The translations under genes and the position numbers were made by a program. The notes beneath the pieces are model-generated. The model made no database searches. It worked only from the letters and a program-made list of their open reading frames with translations, and was not told the DNA's origin. Positions 1 through 8,399 of a stretch of DNA of 64,000 bases are shown here, piece after piece. Positions within the stretch are counted from its first letter, which is position 1; each line of letters begins with the position of its first letter. Source of the DNA: Vicinamibacteria bacterium (GTDB lineage: Bacteria > Acidobacteriota > Vicinamibacteria > Marinacidobacterales > Marinacidobacteraceae); NCBI GenBank assembly GCA_963555995.3, contig OY821641.1, positions 1,696,001 to 1,760,000 of the forward strand, written 5' to 3'.

Positions 1-8
1 ACATCTGG

Positions 9-752
9 ATGGGAACCGCGCTGCTGCTGAGCGCCTTCCTGCTGGCCGGCTGCGGAGGCGACTCCGGGACCACCCCGGCGCCCGCACCGGCTCCGGCCCC
101 TGCCCCGGCGCCTGCCCCGGCCCCGGCTCCCGAGCCCGAGCCGGAAACGCCGGACACGGCGACCTACACGTTCGGAACGGAGTCAATCAAGGCTAACTAT
201 GCGAGCCCCGGTTCGATCTTCCTCGTACTCGGCGCCCAGCCCTACCCCGAGGGCGCGAGCGCCGTGGAGGAAGTTGCGTTCGTCGCCCACCCCGTGGGCA
301 CCACCGTCTGGGCGGAAGGCGGTATGGCTTCCGAGGGTCTCAAGCACCTGGCTTGGGACGGCCACGCGCACGACCTGACGAAGGAGGCCAAGGATATGGG
401 CTGGACGGTCCTTGCGGAGGACTTCAGCACGGTTCAGGGACTTCTGACGGCCGGGAGCATCACTCTGAGCGCCGAGTTTCCCTGCCTCAGCTACGCCCAG
501 CGGCTCGACCCGAGCCCCGACTGGTTCGTCGGCTTTAACGTCTGCGCCCTCCACGATCACGATGGCGAACTCCACTGGGAGGAGACGATCACGATTGAGG
601 CCCAGATGTGGGACGCCGGCACCCGGGACGGCGAGCCCTACATGGAGGCCACCGGGGACTCCGACCCACAGCAGCCCATCAACAGGGTGATGACGCCGCC
701 GTGGGACACGGACGCGGTGCTGGAAATCACCGCAACGCTCGCGGAGGAGTAG
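9..752 (+). CDS. Spondin_N domain-containing lipoprotein with Pro-Ala linker
   Basis: Lipobox-like LLAGC, (PA)n/(PE)n linker, spondin motifs 'PSPDWFVG' and 'WDAGT..G'. The frame is open to the window edge, so the true start may lie upstream. Confidence 0.8.
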   Translation: MGTALLLSAFLLAGCGGDSGTTPAPAPAPAPAPAPAPAPAPEPEPETPDTATYTFGTESIKANYASPGSIFLVLGAQPYPEGASAVEEVAFVAHPVGTTVWAEGGMASEGLKHLAWDGHAHDLTKEAKDMGWTVLAEDFSTVQGLLTAGSITLSAEFPCLSYAQRLDPSPDWFVGFNVCALHDHDGELHWEETITIEAQMWDAGTRDGEPYMEATGDSDPQQPINRVMTPPWDTDAVLEITATLAEE

Positions 753-860
753 GTTCACCTCCGGGTTCGCCCAAGGGACGCGGCCCGGCGTGCCCGGTCC
801 GCTCCCTCGCGCGACCACCTCCGGGGCCTGAGTCCGCGCGGGTCCGGCCTCTCCGCCTCC

Positions 861-2333
861 ATGTCTGAACGCCACCCGGAACCCGCTACGGAGAGCGAAG
901 CGGCGCCGCCGCACGACCTCCCCCGGGTCGTCATCGTCGGCGCCGGGCAGACCGGCCGGGAGCTCGCGCGCCAACTCGCCGGCGAGCGGCGGGTGGTGGT
1001 CCTCGACACCGACCCGCAGAAGCTCGAACGCCTGCGCGAGACCGCTCCGCACCAGACGTTCGAGACCCTGACCCGCGACGGAACGAGCGCGCTGTCCCTG
1101 CGCGCCGCCGCCGGTGACGGCGCCGAGTGGGTGATCGCCGCCACCGACCAGGACGGGGTCAACATCGAGGTCTGCCGGGTCGCGGCCGCGCTGAGCCCGC
1201 GGCCGTCCACCGTCGGCACGCTGCGCGATTCCCACCGCGCCGGGCGGCTGCGCGCCACCGGCGCCCAGTGCATCGCCCGGCCGGGGGTGATCGCCAACCA
1301 GATCCGCAACCGGATCGAACGCTCCCACCAGGTCGAGACGTCGCTCGGTCTCGGCCGCGGCGAGATCCGCGAGATCCAGGTGCTCCCCACCTCGCCGGCG
1401 GTGAACGTGAAGCTCCGGGACCTCGGCGCCCGGAAGTGGCTGGTCGCGGGGATCTACCGGGGCGGGCGGTTCGTGGTCCCCGACGGCGACGCGGTGATCG
1501 AGGCCGGGGACCGGCTCCTCATCACCGGCGAGCCCGAGGTGGCGCCCGGCGCCGCCGAGTTCCTCCGCGAGGGGAAGTCCCTCTTCCCCCTCCAGTTCGG
1601 CAGCCACATCGTCGTCTTCGCCGAGCGCGAGCTCCCCGAGGTGGCCTGGCGGGAGGCCGAGTACCTGTTCCGCACCTCGCGGGCGCACCGTTTCCGGATC
1701 GTGGCGCCCGACGGCGTGGAACCGCCGCCGGACCTCGGCGTCCCCGCCGAGCGCCTGGCCCGGATCGTCCCCGGTGACGATGCCTTTGCGGCCGCCCGGC
1801 CCGATGCCGGCTGCGTGGTGATTGACCGGCGCGAGCCGTCCTTCCTTGCCCGGATCGGCCTCAACGCGGCGCGCTTCCTCGCCACCATGGCGCGGTTCTC
1901 CTGCCCGGTGCTGATCCCCGCCGCCAGCTTCCCCTGGGAGCGGCTGGTGATCCCGATCACCGACGTGGAGGCGACCCTCCGGGCGGCCGACACCGCGATC
2001 GGCCTCGGCCGCCAGTTCCGGATCCCCCTCGCCGCCGTCCTCGTCACCCCGCCGGCGTTCATCGGACGCGGCCTCGAAGGCACCGAGGACGTCGCGTCCG
2101 TCCTCGCCGCCATCGAGCGGATGGCCGACCTCTACCGCGTCCGGGTCCCCATCATCCGCGCCGAGGGCAACCCCCCCCGCCAACTCACCCGCCTCACCGG
2201 CCCCCGCGACCTCCTCGTCCTCGGCTACGACCAGGGCCACGCCGGCTCCTTCTTCCGCCCCGACCCCGCGGTCCACATGATGATCCGAGCCCGCGCCTCC
2301 GTCCTCGCCCTCCCCATCCCCACCCACCACTAG
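861..2333 (+). CDS. TrkA-family (RCK_N/RCK_C) NAD-binding protein fused to C-terminal universal-stress-protein-like domain(s)
   Basis: GAGQTG Rossmann motif, 'VIAATDQDGVNI', TrkA_C 'GIYRGGRFVVPDGDAVIEAGDRL'; the C-terminus 'LLVLG...ARASVLAL' resembles USP. Confidence 0.75.
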   Translation: MSERHPEPATESEAAPPHDLPRVVIVGAGQTGRELARQLAGERRVVVLDTDPQKLERLRETAPHQTFETLTRDGTSALSLRAAAGDGAEWVIAATDQDGVNIEVCRVAAALSPRPSTVGTLRDSHRAGRLRATGAQCIARPGVIANQIRNRIERSHQVETSLGLGRGEIREIQVLPTSPAVNVKLRDLGARKWLVAGIYRGGRFVVPDGDAVIEAGDRLLITGEPEVAPGAAEFLREGKSLFPLQFGSHIVVFAERELPEVAWREAEYLFRTSRAHRFRIVAPDGVEPPPDLGVPAERLARIVPGDDAFAAARPDAGCVVIDRREPSFLARIGLNAARFLATMARFSCPVLIPAASFPWERLVIPITDVEATLRAADTAIGLGRQFRIPLAAVLVTPPAFIGRGLEGTEDVASVLAAIERMADLYRVRVPIIRAEGNPPRQLTRLTGPRDLLVLGYDQGHAGSFFRPDPAVHMMIRARASVLALPIPTHH

Positions 2334-2424
2334 CCGGAAGTTTCGGGCCCTGAATCGGGCCAAGCGACCGAGTGTCATGGAGTTAGGGGTGTTTCGGGAT
2401 GTAATATGTAGCCACTAATATGAC

Positions 2425-2453
2425 TTGACATGAGTCGCTGTGTCCCTAATGCT
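2425..2453 (+). promoter_or_regulatory. Putative sigma70-type promoter of the IS transposase
   Basis: TTGACA at 2425-2430 followed 16-17 bp later by TAATGCT, just upstream of the ATG at 2461. Confidence 0.4.
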
Positions 2454-2460
2454 ACGAGGT

Positions 2461-4218
2461 ATGCCGCCGCGAAAATACGCCGTCCACGTAGCCACAACAC
2501 AACGACACTACAAGGGCAAGACCTACCGATCCCACCTCCTGCGCCGAACCTTCCGCGAAAACGGGAAGGTCAAACACCAGACCCTCGGCAACCTCTCCCA
2601 CCTGCCCGATCCGGTCATCACTCTCATCCGCAGAGGACTCAAGGGCGAAACCCTCGTCGCACCCGACGACGCCTTCGACTGCCAGCGCAGCCTCCCCCAC
2701 GGACACGTCGCCGCCACCCTCGGATCCCTCCGACGCCTCGGACTCCACTCCCTCATCGCCCGCGCCCCCAGCCGGCTCCGCGATCTCGCCGTCGCCCTCA
2801 TCGTCGCCCGCGTCATCGACCCCCGCTCCAAGCTCGCCACCGCACGCGCCCTCAACCCACAAACCGCCGTCTCCTCCCTCGGAGAAATGCTCCAACTCGG
2901 CGACGTCGACCAGCACGAGCTCTACGACGCCATGGACTGGCTCCTCCGACGCCAGCCCGGCATCGAACAGCGTCTCGCCCGCCGCCACCTCGAAGACAAC
3001 ACCCTCGTCCTCTACGACCTCACCTCCACCTACGTGGAAGGAACCCACTGCCCCCTCGCACAGCGCGGCTACTCCCGCGACGGAAAGAAGAACAAGCTCC
3101 AGATCGTCTTCGGACTGCTCTGCTCCCCCGAGGGCTGCCCCATCGCCGTCGAGGTCTTCGAGGGCTCGACCAGCGACCCCAGGACCGTCGCCTCCCAGGT
3201 GCAAAAGCTCCGCACCCGCTTCGGCCTCGCCCGCGTCGTCCTGGTCGGCGATCGCGGCATGCTCACCTCCGCCCGCATCCGCGAGGACCTCGCCGGTGTC
3301 GAGGGGCTGCGCTGGATCACCGCCCTCCGCGCCCCCACCATCAAGAAACTCCTCGCCGACGGGACCGTGAACCCCTCCCTCTTCGACCAACGGGATCTCG
3401 CCGAGGTCACCTCCGACGACTTCCCCGGCGAGCGCCTCATCGTCTGCCGCAACCCCCGCCTCGCCGCCGAGCGCCGCCGTAAGCGCAACGAACTCCTCGG
3501 CGCCACCGAAGCTCTTCTCGAACCCATCCAGGCGGCCACCCAACGCGAACGGCGCCCCCTCCGCGGAAAGGATCACATCGGCGTCCGCGTCGGCAAGGTC
3601 ATCGACCGCTACAAGGTCGCCAAGCACTTCCAGACCGACATCACCGACGACTCCTTCTCCTTCGAACGGCTCTGCGAACAGATCGCCACCGAAGAACAAC
3701 TCGACGGCCTCTACGTCATCCGCTCCAACGTCGAGCCCGAGCGCCTCGACGCCCCCCAAACCGTCCGCGCCTACAAGAACCTCTCCCGCGTCGAGCGCGC
3801 CTTCCGCTCCCTCAAATCCGTCGACCTCAAGGTCAGACCGATCCACCACCGACGCTCCGACCGCGTCCGCGCCCACGTCTTCCTCTGCATGCTCGCCTAC
3901 TACGTCGAGTGGCACATGCGAAACGACCTCGCAACCCTCCTCTTCGACGACCACCACCCCGAAGCCGCCGAATCCCTCCGGGACTCCGTCGTCGAACCCG
4001 CCCAGCGCTCGCCCGCCGCCCAGAAGAAGGCCGCCACCAAGCGCACTCACGACGGCCTCCCCGTCCAATCCTTCCGGTCCCTCCTCGCCGATCTCGGCAC
4101 CCTCACCCGAAACACCATGCGGCTCAACGACGCCGAAACCACCTTCACTCTCTACGCCAACCCCACCCCCGTCCAGCAACGATCCCTCGATCTACTCCAC
4201 GTCTCACACCGAATGTAG
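2461..4218 (+). CDS. tnp: IS1634-family DDE transposase
   Basis: 'LRRTFRENGKVKHQTLGNLS', 'LVLYDLTSTY', 'GYSRDGK', 'VLVGDRGM', 'VERAFRSLKS..L.VRPIHH...RVRAHVFLCMLAYY'. ATG at 2461 preferred over the track start at 2440. Confidence 0.92.
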   Translation: MPPRKYAVHVATTQRHYKGKTYRSHLLRRTFRENGKVKHQTLGNLSHLPDPVITLIRRGLKGETLVAPDDAFDCQRSLPHGHVAATLGSLRRLGLHSLIARAPSRLRDLAVALIVARVIDPRSKLATARALNPQTAVSSLGEMLQLGDVDQHELYDAMDWLLRRQPGIEQRLARRHLEDNTLVLYDLTSTYVEGTHCPLAQRGYSRDGKKNKLQIVFGLLCSPEGCPIAVEVFEGSTSDPRTVASQVQKLRTRFGLARVVLVGDRGMLTSARIREDLAGVEGLRWITALRAPTIKKLLADGTVNPSLFDQRDLAEVTSDDFPGERLIVCRNPRLAAERRRKRNELLGATEALLEPIQAATQRERRPLRGKDHIGVRVGKVIDRYKVAKHFQTDITDDSFSFERLCEQIATEEQLDGLYVIRSNVEPERLDAPQTVRAYKNLSRVERAFRSLKSVDLKVRPIHHRRSDRVRAHVFLCMLAYYVEWHMRNDLATLLFDDHHPEAAESLRDSVVEPAQRSPAAQKKAATKRTHDGLPVQSFRSLLADLGTLTRNTMRLNDAETTFTLYANPTPVQQRSLDLLHVSHRM

Positions 4219-4326
4219 CCACTACACGACAACACCCAAATCCCACAACTCACTCAAAATACGGGCCTTACACGAAATCAGGCCCGAAACTTCCGGCTAG
4301 CTGACCGGGATGGCGCCGCCGGCCGG

Positions 4327-4350
4327 GGAGCGCCGGTGTTCACACCGGCA
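4327..4350 (+). repeat. REP-like palindrome (left arm, GTGTTCAC variant)
   Basis: ggagcgccggtgttcacaccggca; exact reverse complement of 13357-13380. Confidence 0.8.
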
Positions 4351-4408
4351 CCGTCCCCCGCAGGGGGACGAATTCCCAACGTGACGCGCCCTCACGGCGC
4401 AACGGCTT

Positions 4409-4563
4409 GGAGCGCCGGCTTCAGCCGGCACAGCCCGCCGCAGGCGGGCGAAGGGATGGACCGTATCCGTGCCGATGGGCCACCGCCCGGAACATCCGAC
4501 ACCACGGCGATTCGCCCTTCCGCCGCGCTCCGCGCAGCGGGTGCCGGCTGAAGCCGGCGCTCC
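4409..4563. repeat. REP doublet (REPIN-like element)
   Basis: ggagcgccggcttcagccggcac ... gtgccggctgaagccggcgctcc inverted arms, each an internal hairpin. Confidence 0.85.
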
Positions 4564-4582
4564 CAGCCCACGCGCTACCGGG

Positions 4583-4989
4583 ATCATGCCGCGATCCGTC
4601 GCCCATCATGCCCCGATCCGATCGCGCCGTTTCGCACCGATCATGCCTCGATCCACCGGCCCATCATGCCTCGATCCGAGGCGATCATGCTCCGATCCAC
4701 GCGGTTTTCGGCCTCGATCATGCCTCGATCCGTTCCAGAGTCCGGCAGCGACAATCTCCGGCTGCATGGACGAGGCGGACCGATCCAAGACCGAAAAGAA
4801 CGCTCGGAAAGCCGAAATCAGCCGAATTCGAGCCGGTTTCGGCACTCTCTGACCGATTCCAGCCCGTCTGAACCGACTCGGCGCGATCCGCATTCCGACC
4901 GTTTCCGGACGCCGATCATGCCCCGATCCGCGCCGATCATGCCCCGATCCGCCAACATGCCTCGATCCAGCGGGATCATGCCTCGATCC
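4583..4989. repeat. Array of ten 15-bp direct repeats (consensus ATCATGCCYCGATCC)
   Basis: Copies start at 4583, 4605, 4640, 4663, 4684, 4717, 4915, 4936, 4954 and 4975. Confidence 0.85.
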
Positions 4990-5199
4990 GTCTCGCTGGC
5001 GAGCCTCGAGCACCATGCAGTGGATGCAGTCCGGAAGCCTCGGGTCAGCGAAGCCGGGGCCGCTGCCGTCCGCCCGGAGAGTGACGGGGACCGGCGTGGA
5101 GACCGCCGGGCCGGGTTCAGGGCGACAGCAGGCGAAGGACCGCAACGGTGATGCCCACACCTGGCCCGCTCGATCAGCCCCCGCGACCTGCTCGTCCTC

Positions 5200-5376
5200 C
5201 GCTACGATCAGGCGGCGGCGCTGGCGGCATAACGCCGTCACTTCCACCGTGACCAATGCTCGTGCAGAAGCCATCAACTCCCGCATCCAGTGGCTCAAAT
5301 AAGATGGCTTGCGGATACCGCAACCGCGCCCGCTTCCGCGAGGCGATCTACTTCCACCTACGCGGATTGGACCCCC
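5200..5376 (+). pseudogene. ISL3-family transposase C-terminal relic (frameshifted)
   Basis: 'VTNARAEAINSRIQWLK' stop/frameshift 'KMACGYRNRARFREAIYFHLRGLD' matches the characteristic ISL3 transposase C-terminus. Confidence 0.75.
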
Positions 5377-5401
5377 GTGACGCGCTGATATTGCCACTAC
5401 T

Positions 5402-6316
5402 TCAGAGCTGTTCTTGCGGGTGTCGCCGCCGCAGCGGCTGACTCAACCTCACGTAGCGTCTGGGGTCCTGGAACTCCCACGACGACGTAGCCAGATGCAG
5501 TTGTAAGTCCGCCAAGAACAAGTTCAATAACCTGCCCGCGGCGACCCCAGGATCGGAGTGCGTTTCCTGAAAGGTGGTCCAGCAGTTGGATACGGCGGCG
5601 TCATTCTCCTCTCGATAGACCTCTGCTTGGACACCAAACGTCGCTTGCCCGTTCTTCATCCGATGAGGTGCACAACTGGCCCCGCCACGCTCACTGTCAA
5701 GAATCAATACCCACGCATCCTCGGGTGGTATACCGATTCCTCCGACGTTCTTCGCCAGGTTTCGCAAATCACAACTTCCCATCCCCAACGCAATGAGGAA
5801 CTTGTAACACGAATTGCGCCACTTTCTGCCTGTAACTGGAGCCGTCAAGTCATCCAGAGATGTGTCCGGCGAGGGGCGTCCGAATCGATTTGAGTTTTTG
5901 ATGAGAAGACCGTCCTGCATTCTCTCCATGTCTTGAATCATCTCGACATAGCTCTCCAACACGCGAGCGTCGTGGTACCAGCTGCTCTTGACCTCACCAA
6001 CTGCCGCCACGCATTCCGCTCGCACGAGCTCCGTTGCACCCTTGTCGCGGCTATACATCGTTGCTGTCGGAAGATCGCGAACAACGATGATGTCGATCTG
6101 CTTGGATTTCCTTCCGTCGGCACGAACAACGTGTCCTTCGGTTACGCGATACTGACTTCCTACCACGCCTGCGATCCAGTCCCGGACGGCCTTCTCGGGT
6201 CCATCTCCTAGCGCACGTATGTTGTCCTTGCCTCCTGTCGCGCTGGCCCTCGCCCGCGCGACAAAGAAGTCCTCGGCTATCGCTGCGTACAGTTTGTCTA
6301 CGTCGTACGAGTGCAT
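5402..6316 (-). CDS. DUF6602-like PD-(D/E)XK nuclease-fold protein
   Basis: 'GDGPEKAVRDWI...GHVVRADGRKSKQIDIIV...ECVAAVGEVKS' fits the DUF6602/NucC-like G-E...Q.D...EVKS pattern. Start at ATG 6316 (MHSYDV). Confidence 0.7.
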   Translation of the reverse strand: MHSYDVDKLYAAIAEDFFVARARASATGGKDNIRALGDGPEKAVRDWIAGVVGSQYRVTEGHVVRADGRKSKQIDIIVVRDLPTATMYSRDKGATELVRAECVAAVGEVKSSWYHDARVLESYVEMIQDMERMQDGLLIKNSNRFGRPSPDTSLDDLTAPVTGRKWRNSCYKFLIALGMGSCDLRNLAKNVGGIGIPPEDAWVLILDSERGGASCAPHRMKNGQATFGVQAEVYREENDAAVSNCWTTFQETHSDPGVAAGRLLNLFLADLQLHLATSSWEFQDPRRYVRLSQPLRRRHPQEQL

Positions 6317-6327
6317 CGCGGAATACC

Positions 6328-6456
6328 CTAGCTCGTGTTTGTCGGCGAGGAAAGAAGGGCGAAGATGCCCGCAGCCCGGCCTGTTGCGTTCAGGTTGATG
6401 ATCGCGCTCGTGTCCGCGACGATCCCACGCCACGACTCACGCAGTGAGTGCGACAC
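6328..6456 (-). pseudogene. Truncated PIN-domain gene remnant
   Basis: 42-aa frame overlapping the end of the upstream gene; 'IVADTSAIINLNATGRAAGIFALL' is a PIN beta1/D-x-S-helix N-terminus, followed by a premature TAG. Confidence 0.5.
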
Positions 6457-7603
6457 GTCCCGCAGCTTCGAGCTTCTCCTCCTCGGCGCCCTCGAGAAGC
6501 TCGCGAATCTCCACCCGGCCGAGGTCGAGCAGACTGGCGAGCTGGCCCTCGCTGTACAGATCGCGCGTCCATGCCTCTCTCACGAGCAGGGCGAGACGCT
6601 GAGGCACCCGGCCTCCGGCGGCCGGCTGCATCCATCGTGCGTCGGGTGGACGCCCGATGACCTTTTCGCTCTGAGCGTCCGTGATTCCACCGTTCTCCTG
6701 GAACCAATCCCACGTCCCCCGCCGCACCAGCCGCAAGTCTTCCAGCCGTCGCACGATGGCTTCTCGCGACACCGCGAATGCATGCGCCAGCAGGATGACA
6801 TGGCGCCGCGTCAGGTGGGACTGTCCGGCGGTGATTTCCTCGAACCGCTGGCGCACGGCTCGACCTGGAGTCAGAAACGACCTCGCGAAAGCGGATGCGT
6901 ACCGCGCTTCCCGTGACCGCGAAGCGTCCTGTTCCACGAGTAGTGCGGGTTCCCCCCGGCTCGTGATGAGACGCCCGAGTTCGTGAGCGCCGGTCTGGGC
7001 AATCCGCCCCACTGGATGATTCGCGTTGAGCAGTACGCAAGCGCCTGCGGCCTCGGTGTACGCGAACAGCCCGGAAATCGCCTCCGCCATCCCTCGCACA
7101 TAGACCCGCATCCCGACCTGCAACTCCAGGAACGGCACCATGTCGAGAACCGGCCCCGACCCCAGTCCGAACCAGGACCGCAGCTCCTGGGCATCCTCTT
7201 CCGCCTGCGTCGCCACGTCGCCCGGACGAATCGGCCTCTCGCTCGGATACCGATGCTTGCGCAGGACTCCGAGAATGTTCTCAAGCTCCACCTCCGCACT
7301 GACGAGCCTGTTCAACAACTGTGCGGCGTCCTCCCGGGCTGGTTCGGAACTCTTCGGGAGCTTCCGGAACCGGGGTACGAGATCCAGATGAACGGCCTCG
7401 CGCCGCAGGATTGCGTTTACGGAGACTCCATAGAGACGGGCGAGCTTCTGGATCTCCTCACTGCGCACCCGGCGGTCCCCCTTTTCGATGGCGACGAGGG
7501 TCGTACGGGCAACCTGGATCTGCTCCGCCGCGTCACTCTGCCGAAGCCCCGCCGACTCGCGCACCGTCCGGAGGCGCTGGCCGATCTGCCGATTCGAGAG
7601 CAT
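6437..7603 (-). CDS. XRE-family HTH fused to ImmA/IrrE-type metallopeptidase domain (HEXXH degenerate)
   Basis: 'IGQRLRTVRESAGLRQSDAAEQIQVARTTLVAIEKG' HTH; 'ISGLF...VLLNANHP..RIAQTGAHELGR'; 'E..ASAFA..FL.P'. Start ATG 7603 with upstream AGGAGG. Confidence 0.85.
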   Translation of the reverse strand: MLSNRQIGQRLRTVRESAGLRQSDAAEQIQVARTTLVAIEKGDRRVRSEEIQKLARLYGVSVNAILRREAVHLDLVPRFRKLPKSSEPAREDAAQLLNRLVSAEVELENILGVLRKHRYPSERPIRPGDVATQAEEDAQELRSWFGLGSGPVLDMVPFLELQVGMRVYVRGMAEAISGLFAYTEAAGACVLLNANHPVGRIAQTGAHELGRLITSRGEPALLVEQDASRSREARYASAFARSFLTPGRAVRQRFEEITAGQSHLTRRHVILLAHAFAVSREAIVRRLEDLRLVRRGTWDWFQENGGITDAQSEKVIGRPPDARWMQPAAGGRVPQRLALLVREAWTRDLYSEGQLASLLDLGRVEIRELLEGAEEEKLEAAGRVALTA

Positions 7604-7732
7604 GTCGCCTCCTGACGCAGTCGCGGTGACGGCGGCAAGCTCCGATGCCGTCCGTCGTTTGTGGCCTATGTCAGCAGGTTGATTCACTTGCCCGACTTTG
7701 TCAACCCAACTCGGGAGATCGCGCCGGCGGCC

Positions 7733-7910
7733 TGGAACGCCGGTCTCCAGACCGGCACGCGGCCCGCAGGGCCGCAGAGCGCGCGGCGCTCGCCCGTCGG
7801 GAAGACGCGTACGGCTCGGAACTCCAGCTCCCGCCGGCCCAACTCGCCGCAGGCCGGCGACGGGATGAACCTTGTCCGTGGAGATGCGCCACCGCCCGCA
7901 ACATCCGGCG
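7733..7910. repeat. REP arm plus degenerate copy of the 4409-4500 REPIN interior
   Basis: tggaacgccggtctccagaccggcac at 7733; 7820-7910 aligns by eye with 4409-4500 (cgccgcagg..ggcga.gggatg.acc...tccgtg..gatg.gccaccgccc..aacatccg). Confidence 0.6.
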
Positions 7911-8399
7911 CTTGACATCCTGCGCACCCCGCGAGTCATGAAAACGGCGGAGACGGCTGGAGCACCGGGACTGCATGTTCACGGCAACCGGGCCCTGAGG
8001 GGCTTGCGACAGGCTGCTCGGACTCGGTTTGGTGGCCATCCCCACCGGCCTGCCGGCGGCGGCTCTCATGAAGGGAACTGCAGAAGATCGAAGCGGACGC
8101 TCGATCGAAGAACCTGTCCGGCATCCCTGACGGACTCCCTCCCGGCCGGGGTGGTCACGACGGGAGCCGGGGTGGGAATGACCGGAGCTCGGGGCGGATT
8201 GACCGGAGCTTTGACCATTGCTCGGACGCATAGGTCAAGCGGGACAGGCACTCCCCGGCAGCGGAAATCCCGATTGCGGCGAGCGTCGAGTGGCCGGACT
8301 CCAAATCCGGGGGTCCGGTTCGTGGCCGGGCGCGGAGAGCCACTCGGACCGGATGCGCAGGTTCATGGCCTCCGCGCCCATCATTCGCGCCGAATCAGC

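Larger units (their letters stand above)
2334..4296 (+). mobile_element. IS1634-family insertion sequence, apparently intact
   Basis: Terminal IRs ccggaagtttcgggcc (2334-2349) / ggcccgaaacttccgg (4281-4296), flanked on both sides by CTAG (2330-2333, 4297-4300); one transposase ORF inside. Confidence 0.9.

Noticed and set aside
183-4179. Long minus-strand ORFs 183-2378 and 2452-4179
   Set aside because: Antisense shadows of the TrkA-like and transposase genes, expected in high-GC DNA; no motifs.
4583-4989. CRISPR array
   Set aside because: Repeats are 15 bp with 3-20 bp gaps, too short for spacers; no cas genes.
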